In this document: in pieces, positions 40,155 to 50,200 of the stretch | How positions within the stretch are numbered: position 1 is the stretch's first letter | Layout: each line of letters starts with the position of its first letter | NCBI GenBank assembly: GCA_041659245.1 | Contig: JBAZYQ010000001.1 | Span: 4,912-68,911, forward strand | DNA length: 64,000 nt | Origin: Candidatus Nanoarchaeia archaeon | Lineage (GTDB): Archaea; Nanobdellota; Nanobdellia; SCGC-AAA011-G17; GW2011-AR17 | Direction: 5' to 3' | Notes under the pieces: model-generated | Database searches by the model: none | Told to the model about the DNA's origin: nothing | What the model saw: the letters and a program-made list of their open reading frames with translations, nothing else | Made by a program: the position numbers and the translations under genes

Positions 40155-40888
40155 TCTTTTACCCCTCTTATTCTTCGCCAGGTAAATTTCATTAAAGTTT
40201 TCATTGCCTTTATTATTTCCTGTCTTGATATTTTTGAAACGCCGACTCTTCTGTCTTCGAAGATTATCGGTATCTCACCAATCTTAAAATTATTTACTTG
40301 ACATTTATACATCATTTCCAGAAGAAATGAATATCCATTTGAGTAAATATTATTGAGATTGATTGTGCTTAATACTTCTTTTTTGTAGCATCTGAATCCT
40401 GCTGTGCAATCATTGGCTTTAAGCCCAAGCAAAGTATGAGCTAGAAGATTTGTGCTGCGGCTTATTATCTTTCGTGATATCCCCCAATTTTTGGTGCCTC
40501 CGCCAGGCACATATCTTGAACCCACGCAGAGGTCACATGTTTCCATCTTTTTGAGCATACTTGGCAGATAGCTTGGCTTATGGGAAAAGTCAGCGTCCAT
40601 GGTAATGGCATAATCATACTCTTTTTCCAGAGCAAACCTGAATCCGGCGATATAAGCTGTGCCAAGCCCCATTTTACCAGGCCTTTCTATTATAAACAGA
40701 TTTTGTTTAAATTTTTCATACATGATTTTTTTTACAATTGCTGCCGTTCCATCTGGAGAATTATCATCAACAACTACTATATGTAGTCCTAAATTATTTT
40801 TTGAAGAAACATCATATATTTCTGTTATTAGCGTGCTTATATTTTCTTTTTCATTATATGTTGGAAGGATAATTATGGCTTTTTTCAT
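40151..40888 (-). CDS. Polyprenol-phosphate mannose synthase-like GT2
   Basis: ILPTYNE, VDDNSPDGT, KMGLGTAY, MDADFSH, GSRYVPGG, DCTAGFR, GYSF..E, DRRVGVSK. Confidence 0.92.
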   Translation of the reverse strand: MKKAIIILPTYNEKENISTLITEIYDVSSKNNLGLHIVVVDDNSPDGTAAIVKKIMYEKFKQNLFIIERPGKMGLGTAYIAGFRFALEKEYDYAITMDADFSHKPSYLPSMLKKMETCDLCVGSRYVPGGGTKNWGISRKIISRSTNLLAHTLLGLKANDCTAGFRCYKKEVLSTINLNNIYSNGYSFLLEMMYKCQVNNFKIGEIPIIFEDRRVGVSKISRQEIIKAMKTLMKFTWRRIRGVKE

Positions 40889-41094
40889 ATTAGAGTTACC
40901 TTTTACATATTTGCATATAATCTTTTAATTTTATCGGTTTCTGATGTGTTGTTAAAATAGTGCAGATTTAAAAACTTTGCCTTATTTTGTAATAACTAGC
41001 TAAAACCGGCAAATTTCGCATGCAATGTGGTTTTTAGCTAAAATGATTTGTTTTTCAATAAATTTATAAATCCCTTAGCATAAATCTAGATAAA

Positions 41095-42087
41095 ATGCCC
41101 AAAACAGCACTCATCACAGGAATAACAGGACAGGACGGCTCTTATCTTGCTGAATTCTTACTGGGCAAAGGATACACTGTTTACGGATTAATAAGGCGCT
41201 CTTCAACAGAAACCACAGGCAGGATACAGCATTTAGTTGATTCAGGAAAAATTCAATTGATAGGCGGAGATATAATAGACCATCTTTCATTAATACAGGC
41301 TGTGCAAAAATCGGGCGCAGACGAGGTTTACAATCTTGCTGCAATGTCTTATGTGAAAGCTTCTTGGGATCATCCTGTTGCGACTGCTGATTACACAGGT
41401 ATAAGCGTCACCAAGATGCTTGAAGCAATAAGAACCATCAATCCAAAGATAAAATTCTACCAGGCATCAAGCAGCGAAATGTTCGGCAAGGTGCAGGCAG
41501 TGCCGCAAAATGAAAAAACTCCTTTCTATCCAAGAAGCCCTTACGGAATTGCAAAGCTTTTCGGGCACTGGACAACTGTGAATTACAGGGAAAGTTACAA
41601 TATATTTGCGTGCAGCGGAATACTATTTAATCATGAATCCCCAAGAAGGGGAATGGAATTTGTAACAAGAAAGATATCCCATAATGTCGCTAAAATAAAA
41701 TTAGGGCTTTCAAACGGTTTTAGCCTTGGCAATATGGATGCAAAAAGAGACTGGGGTTTTGCAGGGGATTATGTTAAGGCAATGTGGCTTATGCTTCAGC
41801 AGGACAAGCCGGAGGATTATGTTATTGCAACAGGCGAAACGCATTCTGTCCGCGAATTCGTGGATGCTGCTTTTTCGCACGTAGGCATAACAGACTGGGA
41901 AAAGTATGTCAAGGTTGATGCAAGGTATATGAGGCCTGCAGAAGTTGAGCTGTTGGTAGGAGATGCCTCAAAAGCAAGGGATGTGCTTGGCTGGAAGCCT
42001 GATGTTTCATTCAAGGAACTTGTTGCCATGATGGTTGATTCTGACTTAAGGTTGTTGAAAAATGAGAGTTCTAATAACAGGAATTGA
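41095..42087 (+). CDS. gmd: GDP-mannose 4,6-dehydratase
   Basis: [62 protein letters not shown]. Confidence 0.96.
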   Translation: MPKTALITGITGQDGSYLAEFLLGKGYTVYGLIRRSSTETTGRIQHLVDSGKIQLIGGDIIDHLSLIQAVQKSGADEVYNLAAMSYVKASWDHPVATADYTGISVTKMLEAIRTINPKIKFYQASSSEMFGKVQAVPQNEKTPFYPRSPYGIAKLFGHWTTVNYRESYNIFACSGILFNHESPRRGMEFVTRKISHNVAKIKLGLSNGFSLGNMDAKRDWGFAGDYVKAMWLMLQQDKPEDYVIATGETHSVREFVDAAFSHVGITDWEKYVKVDARYMRPAEVELLVGDASKARDVLGWKPDVSFKELVAMMVDSDLRLLKNESSNNRN

Positions 42088-42976
42088 CGGATTTGTAGCG
42101 CCATTTCTTGCTCGGCTTGAAAAAAACACCAATGAAGTTTTTGGCGCTTATCTTAAGGAGCCCATAAGGGAAAAAGGAATAAATTATATTCTTATGGATT
42201 TGCTTGATGAAAAAGCAGTTGACAAAGTTATTGCAGATGTAAAGCCCGATGTCATATATCATCTTGCAGGCTTCAGCTCTGTTGCAGACAGCTGGAAAAC
42301 ACCTAAAATGGCAATGAAAATCAATGCTGGCGGGACATACAATCTTCTTAATGCGGTACAAAAAGCAGGAATAAACCCCCGAATTGTAGCTGTTTCTTCT
42401 GCAGATGTTTATGGTAATCCATTGCATTTGCCAATTAGTGAGTCACACCCATTAAATCCGCAAAGCCCCTACGGCGAATCCAGGATTGAGCAGGAAAATA
42501 TTATATCTGGATTCAAAAAGCTGGACGTGATTATTTCAAGAAGCTTCAGCCATACTGGCCCGGGGCAAAGCACCAAGTTTGTATGCTCTGATTTTGCATA
42601 TAAGATTGCTGCAATTGAGAAAGGTATTGCAGACAATATTCTAATGCACGGTGACATTAAAATTAAAAGGGATTTTTCAGATGTGAGGGATATTGTAAGG
42701 GCATATGTGCTTCTTGCAAGGAAAGGAAAGCCGCATCAGGCATACAATGTCTGTTCAGGCAAGGCTTATTCAATAGGGCAGATACTGGACATATTTTTAA
42801 GAATGAGCAAATCAAAGATAATAAAAAAGTTTGATTCTTCTAAAACAAGAAAAGCTGACATTCCCGTACTGCAGGGAGATAATTCAAAGCTTGTCAATGA
42901 TACCGGCTGGAAGCCGGAGATTAAGTTAGAGGAAACACTTAAGGAATTGCTGGAATACTGGAGAAATAATATTTAG
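42062..42976 (+). CDS. rmd: GDP-4-keto-6-deoxy-D-mannose reductase-like SDR (GDP-D-rhamnose)
   Basis: [46 protein letters not shown]; overlaps gmd. The YxxxK lysine appears as R (YGESR). Confidence 0.75.
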   Translation: MRVLITGIDGFVAPFLARLEKNTNEVFGAYLKEPIREKGINYILMDLLDEKAVDKVIADVKPDVIYHLAGFSSVADSWKTPKMAMKINAGGTYNLLNAVQKAGINPRIVAVSSADVYGNPLHLPISESHPLNPQSPYGESRIEQENIISGFKKLDVIISRSFSHTGPGQSTKFVCSDFAYKIAAIEKGIADNILMHGDIKIKRDFSDVRDIVRAYVLLARKGKPHQAYNVCSGKAYSIGQILDIFLRMSKSKIIKKFDSSKTRKADIPVLQGDNSKLVNDTGWKPEIKLEETLKELLEYWRNNI

Positions 42977-43032
42977 CAAACTGAGCTTATGCATTCACAA
43001 GGCTTTTTAACCCTCTTTTCCAGATTTATTCT

Positions 43033-44181
43033 ATGAAAATAGGCTTTTTGCTCTCATCCTTCTATCCTGCAACAGGCGGAAGGGAGACAATTACATTTAA
43101 TCAGGCGAGGGAGCTGGCAAGAAGGGGGCACGAGGTGCATGTATTCACTTCTTTGGCAAATGGGCTGAAAAAAGAAGAGGTTGTTGAAAAAATACACATA
43201 CACAGAAGCAAGACATGGTTTAAGTACAAATATTATCTTGAATTTAATCCGGGCTGGGTATGGAATGTGATGAAATGCAAGTTGGATATTCTTCATATTC
43301 AAAGCTTTGGCTTTATCATGGCTGACAAGATTGTTTTGCTGAAAAAGATTTTTACAAAAACAAAACTGGTGAATACGCCGCATGGGCCTTTCATGGCTCT
43401 GGACAAATACCCCCTTTGGCAGGCTGTTTTGAAAAAAGTATATACTGCGCTGGAATATCCTGTTAATCGGCTTTATGACGCTGTAATACAGGTTAATCCG
43501 GAGCAGTGGACTTGGATGGTTAAAGCAGGCGCAAGAAAAGACAGGATTCATCTTATTCCCAATAGCATTCCTCATGAATTATTTGGAAAATACGACTCCA
43601 GGAAATTCATTGAAAAATACGATTTGAAAGGCAAGATAGTAATAAGCTATGTCGGAAGAATCCAGAAATACAAGGGGCTTGACCAGGTGATTGCTGTTTT
43701 GCCTGATGTTCTTAAGAAACATAAGAATGCTGTTTTTCTTGCAATGGGCAAGGATGCTGATGACATGGACAGGCTTAAGAAGATGGCTGCTGAGCTTAAT
43801 GTTGAAAAGCAGGTTATATTGACAGGCTCTGTTACTGAAGAAGAGAAGATTCAGGGCTTGGATGTTTCGCAGATATTCGTGTTTCCTTCTGAATGGGAGG
43901 CATTTGGAATAGTCCTTGTTGAGGCAATGGCTCGCGGAAATGCTTTAATTAGCACTAAGACAGAAGGGGGCAGGTATCTTGTTGAAGAAGGCGTAAACGG
44001 CTATCTCTATGACTACAAGAATACCGAGCAGCTAAAGAAATGCCTTTTGAAATTGCTGGATGATGAAAAATCCAGAAAGCTTATAATAAGCAATAATCTG
44101 AAAAAATCGCACAGGTTCAAGATTGAAACCATAACTGACGAGCTTGAAACGCTGTATAAATCACTGACAAAGGCGAAATAA
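43033..44181 (+). CDS. GT4 family glycosyltransferase
   Basis: FYPATGGRE, TPHG, VGRIQKYKG, PSEWEAFGIVLVEAMA. Confidence 0.92.
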   Translation: MKIGFLLSSFYPATGGRETITFNQARELARRGHEVHVFTSLANGLKKEEVVEKIHIHRSKTWFKYKYYLEFNPGWVWNVMKCKLDILHIQSFGFIMADKIVLLKKIFTKTKLVNTPHGPFMALDKYPLWQAVLKKVYTALEYPVNRLYDAVIQVNPEQWTWMVKAGARKDRIHLIPNSIPHELFGKYDSRKFIEKYDLKGKIVISYVGRIQKYKGLDQVIAVLPDVLKKHKNAVFLAMGKDADDMDRLKKMAAELNVEKQVILTGSVTEEEKIQGLDVSQIFVFPSEWEAFGIVLVEAMARGNALISTKTEGGRYLVEEGVNGYLYDYKNTEQLKKCLLKLLDDEKSRKLIISNNLKKSHRFKIETITDELETLYKSLTKAK

Positions 44182-45204
44182 ATGAAAGTAATATGCAGGG
44201 TGCCGGTAAGAATCAATCTCGCAAATGGCGGGGACACTGATTACTATATTAAGGAAGCCGGCTGGGGATGCGTTGTCAATGCAACTCTTTCCTCGCATTT
44301 CTATGAAGTTGAGCTTAACGAAGATAATAATTTCAAGATGGACATTGTTGATTATTTTGACTATGCGCATAACATGAACAGGACATACAGGCTTGACTCT
44401 GATTTTTCAGAGCTGGACTTGCTGAAAGCATCATTAAAGGAAACAGGATTCAATGGAAGAAATTCTTTTGTATCAAGGACAAATGTTCCAATGCAATCCG
44501 GATTGGGAGGCTCTTCCTCAGTATGCGTTGCAATACTTTCTGCAATTAAGCATTACAGGAATGAGCAGATAAACCCGCATGAGATTGCATCAATGGCTTA
44601 CTCTATTGAGAGAAACAGATTAAATGTGCCCGGCGGATACCAGGACCAGTATGCTGCGGCGTTTGGAGCAGGCTTTAATTACATGGAATTCAGGAATGAC
44701 GGGGTTTCTGTTGAGAATCTTAATCTTTCTGATGAAGTTATTGAAAAGCTGGAGAAAAATCTGATTTTGTATTATATTTCAAAAAGAAGCGTTTCAGGAA
44801 CCGAGGTTCACAAGGCGCAGGAGCAGAAAGCGGCTTTGGAATGGGAGCAGGTTAAGTCACTGCTTGTTGAAAAAAGAGATAATGCCGTAAAGACAAAGGC
44901 GGCTTTACTTTCAGGGGATTTATCACAATTCGCCTTGCTTTTAAAAATTGACGGAGAGCTGAAGAATAAATTGTCTCCAAAGGCTTCAAATGAATTTATT
45001 GATTCTTTGATGGAAACTGCTTATTTGAATGGCGCAATCGGCGGGAAGATTTCAGGGGCTGGAAGCGGCGGGTGCATGTTCTTTTACGTGCCTGAGGAAA
45101 AGCAATCGCAATTTAAGCAGGCGATGGAGAATTCTGGCGCGATTGAGATGAATTACAGGTTTCAGAGAAGCTATGAGCCGGGAATTCTCTTGAAGAGATT
45201 GTGA
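44182..45204 (+). CDS. hddA: GHMP sugar kinase, D-glycero-alpha-D-manno-heptose-7-phosphate kinase-like
   Basis: PVRI..ANGGDTD, PMQSGLGGSSS, ER......GGYQDQY, GKISGAGSGG; heptose genes nearby. Confidence 0.75.
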   Translation: MKVICRVPVRINLANGGDTDYYIKEAGWGCVVNATLSSHFYEVELNEDNNFKMDIVDYFDYAHNMNRTYRLDSDFSELDLLKASLKETGFNGRNSFVSRTNVPMQSGLGGSSSVCVAILSAIKHYRNEQINPHEIASMAYSIERNRLNVPGGYQDQYAAAFGAGFNYMEFRNDGVSVENLNLSDEVIEKLEKNLILYYISKRSVSGTEVHKAQEQKAALEWEQVKSLLVEKRDNAVKTKAALLSGDLSQFALLLKIDGELKNKLSPKASNEFIDSLMETAYLNGAIGGKISGAGSGGCMFFYVPEEKQSQFKQAMENSGAIEMNYRFQRSYEPGILLKRL

Positions 45205-45264
45205 TTCGGAAGGTTTATATATTACTTCTTCGGGGTAACTCTAGAGTATTCAGGGGGTAAATCA

Positions 45265-46017
45265 ATGGTAAATCTTGAACAAATAACAGCAATCGCAACA
45301 ACTACTTTTTACAAGCCGGGCTCTGAGAATGATGCAATGAGGGCTGAGATTGCAAAAAAGACTGTAAGAAATGCGGCTGATTTGGGATATCCTATTGTTA
45401 TTGTTGACGGCGGCTCTTCTGATGAATTGCTGAAAGAGTTTCAAAGCTACGGGCAAAATGTTTATGTTCATGTCGAGCCAAAAATGGGCATGGGAGAAAG
45501 CAGAAGGCACGCCCTGAATCTTGCAATGAAGCTTGGCAGGCATGTTATTGCATGGGTTGAGCCTGAAAAAGAAAATTATATTCATAGTATTGCAAAAACA
45601 GTTGAGCCTATTTTTGACGGCTCTGCTGATTTGGTTGTACCCAGAAGGGCATCATTGGCATCTTATCCTCTTGGGCAGCAGCAGGCGGAAAGCATGGGCA
45701 ATTTATTCTGGAACAAATTAACAGGGCATGATTTGGACATGTGGTTCGGGCCAAGGACTTTCAGAAGGGATATCAGCGCTTATTTTACAACATATAACGG
45801 AGAGTATGGCGACAAATGGGATTCAATTTTCATACCGGTAATGGATGCCATAATCGGCGGAGAGAATGTTAAGAGTGTTACAGTTGATTACACCCATCCT
45901 GCAGAGCAGACTGCTTTTGAAGAGCAGGACTTGAGCTTGTATTTGAAGAGAGTCAAGCAGCTGGAAAACCTGCTTCCTGCATTGGAAACACACTGGAAAA
46001 AAAGAAAGGGAATCTGA
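45265..46017 (+). CDS. Divergent GT-A (GT2-like) glycosyltransferase
   Basis: IVIVDGGS, MGESRR.A, AWVEPEK in place of DxD, ADLVVPRR; TATA at 45214-45221 and GGGGGT SD. Confidence 0.65.
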   Translation: MVNLEQITAIATTTFYKPGSENDAMRAEIAKKTVRNAADLGYPIVIVDGGSSDELLKEFQSYGQNVYVHVEPKMGMGESRRHALNLAMKLGRHVIAWVEPEKENYIHSIAKTVEPIFDGSADLVVPRRASLASYPLGQQQAESMGNLFWNKLTGHDLDMWFGPRTFRRDISAYFTTYNGEYGDKWDSIFIPVMDAIIGGENVKSVTVDYTHPAEQTAFEEQDLSLYLKRVKQLENLLPALETHWKKRKGI

Positions 46018-46023
46018 AATAAG

Positions 46024-46734
46024 ATGATACAACTCGGCACTCTGGGAAACTTCTTCCACGCAATCTGGCTTGGCAGGATAGAAGGTTCTCTTAAGCTGGA
46101 GAATACAAATTTTATCGGGCAGGACAATGTCATTGCAGTTGGAAGAGATTTAAAAAATGATTTGGAATCTGTTGTTGCTCTTCAGCCTGATATTGTTGTT
46201 GCAGGAAATCACGGGTGCAGGGTTAATTGCTCCGAGTGCTGCGACAAGCCTGCTTACAGGAACAGGGTTACGAGAAGATACTGCGAATACCTTACTGAAG
46301 TTGGAAATTATTGCATTACAAAGCTTGCAGGCAAAAACTGCACAGACGATGTTTGCGAAAAATGGTTCTGCTTAGAGTTTTGCGAAGATCCTGTTGACAG
46401 GTTCTCTGGAAATTCACTTGAAGTGCCTTTGATAGGAAATACTGCGAATATTTACAGCCTAAGGCAGAAGGTGGAATTTTTGGCAATTGTTACAGCAGTG
46501 CAGACAGGTATTAAAACATGCAATATAGCTTCGCTTGCGTCACGCGGTAGGGAAGTAATACTTTACAAAAAGGCAAAAGAAATGCTGTTGAAAACAGCTG
46601 ATGTGAAAGCGGCTGCACTTATTGAGAATGATGAATTTGAACAGGCAAAGGCATTGATGGGAAGCAATAATTATTTTGAAGCGCTGAAGCAGTGGGAAGA
46701 AAGATATTGCAAGAGGAAGAAGTTGAAGTTATAA
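46024..46734 (+). CDS. Cysteine-rich hypothetical protein (CxxxCxxCC, YkgJ-like metal-binding cluster)
   Basis: GCRVNCSECC...YCEYL...YC......CTDDVCEKWFC. Confidence 0.55.
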   Translation: MIQLGTLGNFFHAIWLGRIEGSLKLENTNFIGQDNVIAVGRDLKNDLESVVALQPDIVVAGNHGCRVNCSECCDKPAYRNRVTRRYCEYLTEVGNYCITKLAGKNCTDDVCEKWFCLEFCEDPVDRFSGNSLEVPLIGNTANIYSLRQKVEFLAIVTAVQTGIKTCNIASLASRGREVILYKKAKEMLLKTADVKAAALIENDEFEQAKALMGSNNYFEALKQWEERYCKRKKLKL

Positions 46735-46748
46735 TCTTGAGATACAAA

Positions 46749-47960
46749 ATGAAAAACATAATAATCGTGAATCAGGCGCCGCACGGAATAGGTCCCATAT
46801 TGAGGGCTGCGGAATTTGCGCAGGATTTGTATCATATGCTAAAAAAAGATAATCCTGCCAATGAATATGAAATTGTCTTTACAGAACCTGAAAAGCCGTT
46901 TCTAAAGAAAGTTTTGCAAAATGAAACATTTCTAAATGACGAGGCTTTGGAGCATGTATGGCTTTCGCCTGAATTTGGAGCTCTTGTAAATTCATTTGAT
47001 TTCAGCAGTTCAGATTACAAAGACAGGCTGGAAAATATAGCTGCCAACAGAAGCAATCTTGAAGCAAAACTTTTATCATTGCTTGAAAATGGAATGGAGG
47101 CTTATAAGCTTGTAAAGCCGGAAGAAAGGATGGCTGTAAAAAGCGATAATTTGTTATGTGAAGTCAGCCATAATCCCATTCTAAGAACTGCTGTTGACGG
47201 TTCGCTTAGCATGTTTTATACAACAATAGGATTGTTTTCAGAAATATTAAAGCATGCTTCTGATGTAAACCCCAGATACAATGATGCAGAACTGCAGAAA
47301 GTAGTGCAGGCTTGCATATCAGAAGCAAAAGACGTAGAAAGCGTGCAGACTTTTCTTATGGTGGCAGAGCCATCAGCACTTACATACAAGGGGAATACAA
47401 ACAAAAATGAGCTTTGGATTCCGCCTTTCATAAGGCCTCCTGCAGGAAGCACTGAAACACTCAAACAAGGAGTTTATCTGAATATTTCAGGAATAGATTC
47501 AGTGCAGAAACAGATAGTTGATTTGGCAAAGCCATTCATGGATGCAGGCTATGCTGTTTATTATCCACCAAGCTACAAGCAAGGCATTGAAGGCGGTATA
47601 GAAAAAGCGCCTGTTGAAAAAGGCATAAGCATTTTCTCAAATCCTGCAATTATTGCAGCTGTCGGCAGAATGGGCTGGAGTTCTGTGTGGGAGCCCATGA
47701 TGAATGGAAGCCCGTTTATTACATATGAATATGATGAGAAAGAAGATCCTGAAATGCATCATAATGTAAGAACACTTGAACAGCTTGGATTGGGTGTTGT
47801 GATGAAGACAGGAGATGAACCAAAAGTTGTAATGGAAAAGGCGCTTGCATTGAGACCAAAAATACAGCAATATCTTGGAACACTTCAGCAAAAGTATGGC
47901 ACATTAAATGGAATAGAGTTTGCGGCAAAAAGGGCTTACTCAGCGCTTAAAGGCTGGTAG
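46749..47960 (+). CDS. Divergent GT-B fold glycosyltransferase candidate
   Basis: N-terminal HGIGPILRA; C-terminal GRMGWSSVWEPMMNGSPFI...PEM.HN...LEQLGLG resembling GT28/GT1 C-domain; start trimmed to ATG 46749. Confidence 0.6.
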   Translation: MKNIIIVNQAPHGIGPILRAAEFAQDLYHMLKKDNPANEYEIVFTEPEKPFLKKVLQNETFLNDEALEHVWLSPEFGALVNSFDFSSSDYKDRLENIAANRSNLEAKLLSLLENGMEAYKLVKPEERMAVKSDNLLCEVSHNPILRTAVDGSLSMFYTTIGLFSEILKHASDVNPRYNDAELQKVVQACISEAKDVESVQTFLMVAEPSALTYKGNTNKNELWIPPFIRPPAGSTETLKQGVYLNISGIDSVQKQIVDLAKPFMDAGYAVYYPPSYKQGIEGGIEKAPVEKGISIFSNPAIIAAVGRMGWSSVWEPMMNGSPFITYEYDEKEDPEMHHNVRTLEQLGLGVVMKTGDEPKVVMEKALALRPKIQQYLGTLQQKYGTLNGIEFAAKRAYSALKGW

Positions 47961-48024
47961 TTTGATTTTAATTCTAAATACAGATTCCATAATGCTTATA
48001 AGTTAAGGAAAGATTTCAAGATAT

Positions 48025-48915
48025 ATGATTTCAATTGTCATAACTGCATTCAAGGAGCCTTTGGTATATCGCGCTATTGAAGCAATTCTTTTCCAGAAAA
48101 TCAAGGAGGATTTTGAGCTTGTTGTTGCAGCGCCTGACAAGGAAACAGAAGATCTTGTAAAGGAATACCACAAAAAATACAAGCAGATAAGATTCTTCAA
48201 GGATCCGGGAAAGGGAAAGAGCTTTGCATTAAATCTCTTATTCAAGGAATTGAAAGGAAAAATCTGGATTTTCACTGATGGAGATGTATTTTTGGACAAT
48301 GGCGCAATAAACGCAATGCTTGACATGTTCAAGGATGAAAAAATAGGCTGTGTTTGCGGCAGGGTAATGTGCGAGAATCCAAGATACACGATGTTTGGCT
48401 ATTGGGGCAAATTGCTTGCTGATGTTGGAGCGCACAGGATAAGAAAGGAATTGTTCAAGCAAAAGCAGTTTCTTGAATGCTCAGGCTATTTGTTTGGCTT
48501 CAGAAACAATGGAATCATTACAAGCATTCCTGTTGATGTTGCCGAGGATTCAATAATACCTTATTATTTCTGGAAAAAAGGTTATACAATCGGCTATGCA
48601 GAGAATGCAAGAGTATTTGTGAAGAATCCGACAAACCTGCATGACTGGATGAAGCAGAGAAAGAGGACTGCTGATGCGCATACAAAGCTTACAAAATATG
48701 TTCCTGATTTTCCAAAAGTAAAATCATTCAAGAACGAGGCTTCAAAAGGAATAAGATGGATTTGGGGCTATCCAAAAAGCGTCAAGGAATTCTTTTGGAC
48801 AATACTTCTTGTGTTTGCAAGGCTCTATATGTGGCTTTCATTGTTCTATGACCTGAAATTCAAGAGAAAAGGGTATGTTGACGGCTGGGAAAGAAGCGAA
48901 ACAACTAAGATTTAG
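48025..48915 (+). CDS. GT2 glycosyltransferase with QxxR-type motif
   Basis: SIVITAFKE, GKSFALN, FTDGD, AED, QRKRT, C-terminal membrane segment. Confidence 0.88.
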   Translation: MISIVITAFKEPLVYRAIEAILFQKIKEDFELVVAAPDKETEDLVKEYHKKYKQIRFFKDPGKGKSFALNLLFKELKGKIWIFTDGDVFLDNGAINAMLDMFKDEKIGCVCGRVMCENPRYTMFGYWGKLLADVGAHRIRKELFKQKQFLECSGYLFGFRNNGIITSIPVDVAEDSIIPYYFWKKGYTIGYAENARVFVKNPTNLHDWMKQRKRTADAHTKLTKYVPDFPKVKSFKNEASKGIRWIWGYPKSVKEFFWTILLVFARLYMWLSLFYDLKFKRKGYVDGWERSETTKI

Positions 48916-49622
48916 ATTTTTCCTGTTTTCATCATTTCTTCTATTTGCTTCATTCTATCAAATGAGCCCATGTCTTCAAGAAATTCTTCTGTATAATAAG
49001 CATAAACCTTTTTGCCTTGTTTTAGCAATTCAGGAAGAAGCTGCCTTTCAAGATTATAGCTTCCTTCTGGGATTATTGAAAGAGATTTTGGGCTTAAAAC
49101 ATACATTGAAGCATTTGTCTTGTCAATCTTAGGAGTTTCTGCTGAATGCGGCTTTAGCCAGAAATGCTTTACTTTACCTTTCTTGTCATATTCAATCAAA
49201 TCGCTTTCTTCAGGATGGCTTCCTTTTTGCACAACTACTGTTGCATCAGCTTTCATTTTCTTATGAAATTGCATGAGCTTTTTTGCGTCAATTTTGCACA
49301 CTATATCGCCTGAAAGCACAATAAAGTCCTCTTTTAGCTTTTCTTTTATTATTCTTAAAGGGCCTCCTGTTCCAAGCGGACTTTTCTCTACTGAGTATTC
49401 AATGTGAACTCCTAATTTGCTTCCATCTCCAAAGTATTTTTCAATTACATTGGATAAATAGCCTGAGCAGATTATGATATCTGTAATTCCCTGTGTTTTT
49501 GCCCATTCTATTGTATGCTCAAGAATAGGTTTTCCATTAATCAGAAGCATTGGCTTTGGAGTGTCATAAGTAAGCGGCTGAAGCCTGACTCCTTTTCCAC
49601 CAGCCATTAGAACTAGTTTCAT
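48912..49622 (-). CDS. hddC: Nucleotidyltransferase, heptose-1-phosphate guanylyltransferase-like
   Basis: MAGGKGVRL.PLT..TPKPM, EKSPLGTGG, LSGD, LER..LP, EDMGS; last gene of the gmhB-SDR-gmhA operon. Confidence 0.72.
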   Translation of the reverse strand: MKLVLMAGGKGVRLQPLTYDTPKPMLLINGKPILEHTIEWAKTQGITDIIICSGYLSNVIEKYFGDGSKLGVHIEYSVEKSPLGTGGPLRIIKEKLKEDFIVLSGDIVCKIDAKKLMQFHKKMKADATVVVQKGSHPEESDLIEYDKKGKVKHFWLKPHSAETPKIDKTNASMYVLSPKSLSIIPEGSYNLERQLLPELLKQGKKVYAYYTEEFLEDMGSFDRMKQIEEMMKTGKI

Positions 49623-50200
49623 TTTTTGCCGTAAAGCTCGTTTTCAATGACTTCGCACATGACATGCCCCACTGTGATGTGCATTTCCTGTATTCTTGCG
49701 CATCTTTCAGAAGGAACCTTAAGAACATAATCCAATCCCATGCTGTTCATCTTTCCGCCATTTGAGCCTGTCCATGCAATTGCCTTTGCGCCTTTTTCCT
49801 TTGCAGCCTTGAGCGCATTGATTACATTGTCAGAATTGCCTGATGTTGAAATTCCTATAACAGCATCATTTTCATTTACCAAGTCCATTACCTGCCTTGA
49901 AAACAAGTGTTCATAGCCCATGTCATTGCCTATTGCAGTGAGGATTGAAGTGTTTACAGTAAGCGCTATTGCCGGAATGCTTGGTCTTTTGTTTTCCCTG
50001 TCAAGCAAACAGACTAATTCTGCCGCAATATGCTGGGCGTCTGCTGCAGAGCCGCCATTGCCCAGAATAATCATCTTGCCCTTGTTTTTGTAGCAATTGA
50101 CTATAATTTTGCACATCTGCTCTATTTCATTTGACATTGAAACAAGCTTTTGCTTTGATTCAAGCGATTCATTCAAGCTTTTTGTGATTGTATTTATCAT
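49619..50200 (-). CDS. gmhA: Sedoheptulose-7-phosphate isomerase
   Basis: GNGGSAADAQHIAAE, TAIGND, GISTSGNS.NV, RIQEMH; start trimmed to ATG 50200 (ATGA overlap). Confidence 0.95.
   Translation of the reverse strand: MINTITKSLNESLESKQKLVSMSNEIEQMCKIIVNCYKNKGKMIILGNGGSAADAQHIAAELVCLLDRENKRPSIPAIALTVNTSILTAIGNDMGYEHLFSRQVMDLVNENDAVIGISTSGNSDNVINALKAAKEKGAKAIAWTGSNGGKMNSMGLDYVLKVPSERCARIQEMHITVGHVMCEVIENELYGKK

Noticed and set aside
43033..45204. Possible read-through fusion of GT4 and the GHMP kinase (in-frame TAA-ATG)
   Set aside because: Both proteins are complete on their own; ordinary translational coupling explains the junction.
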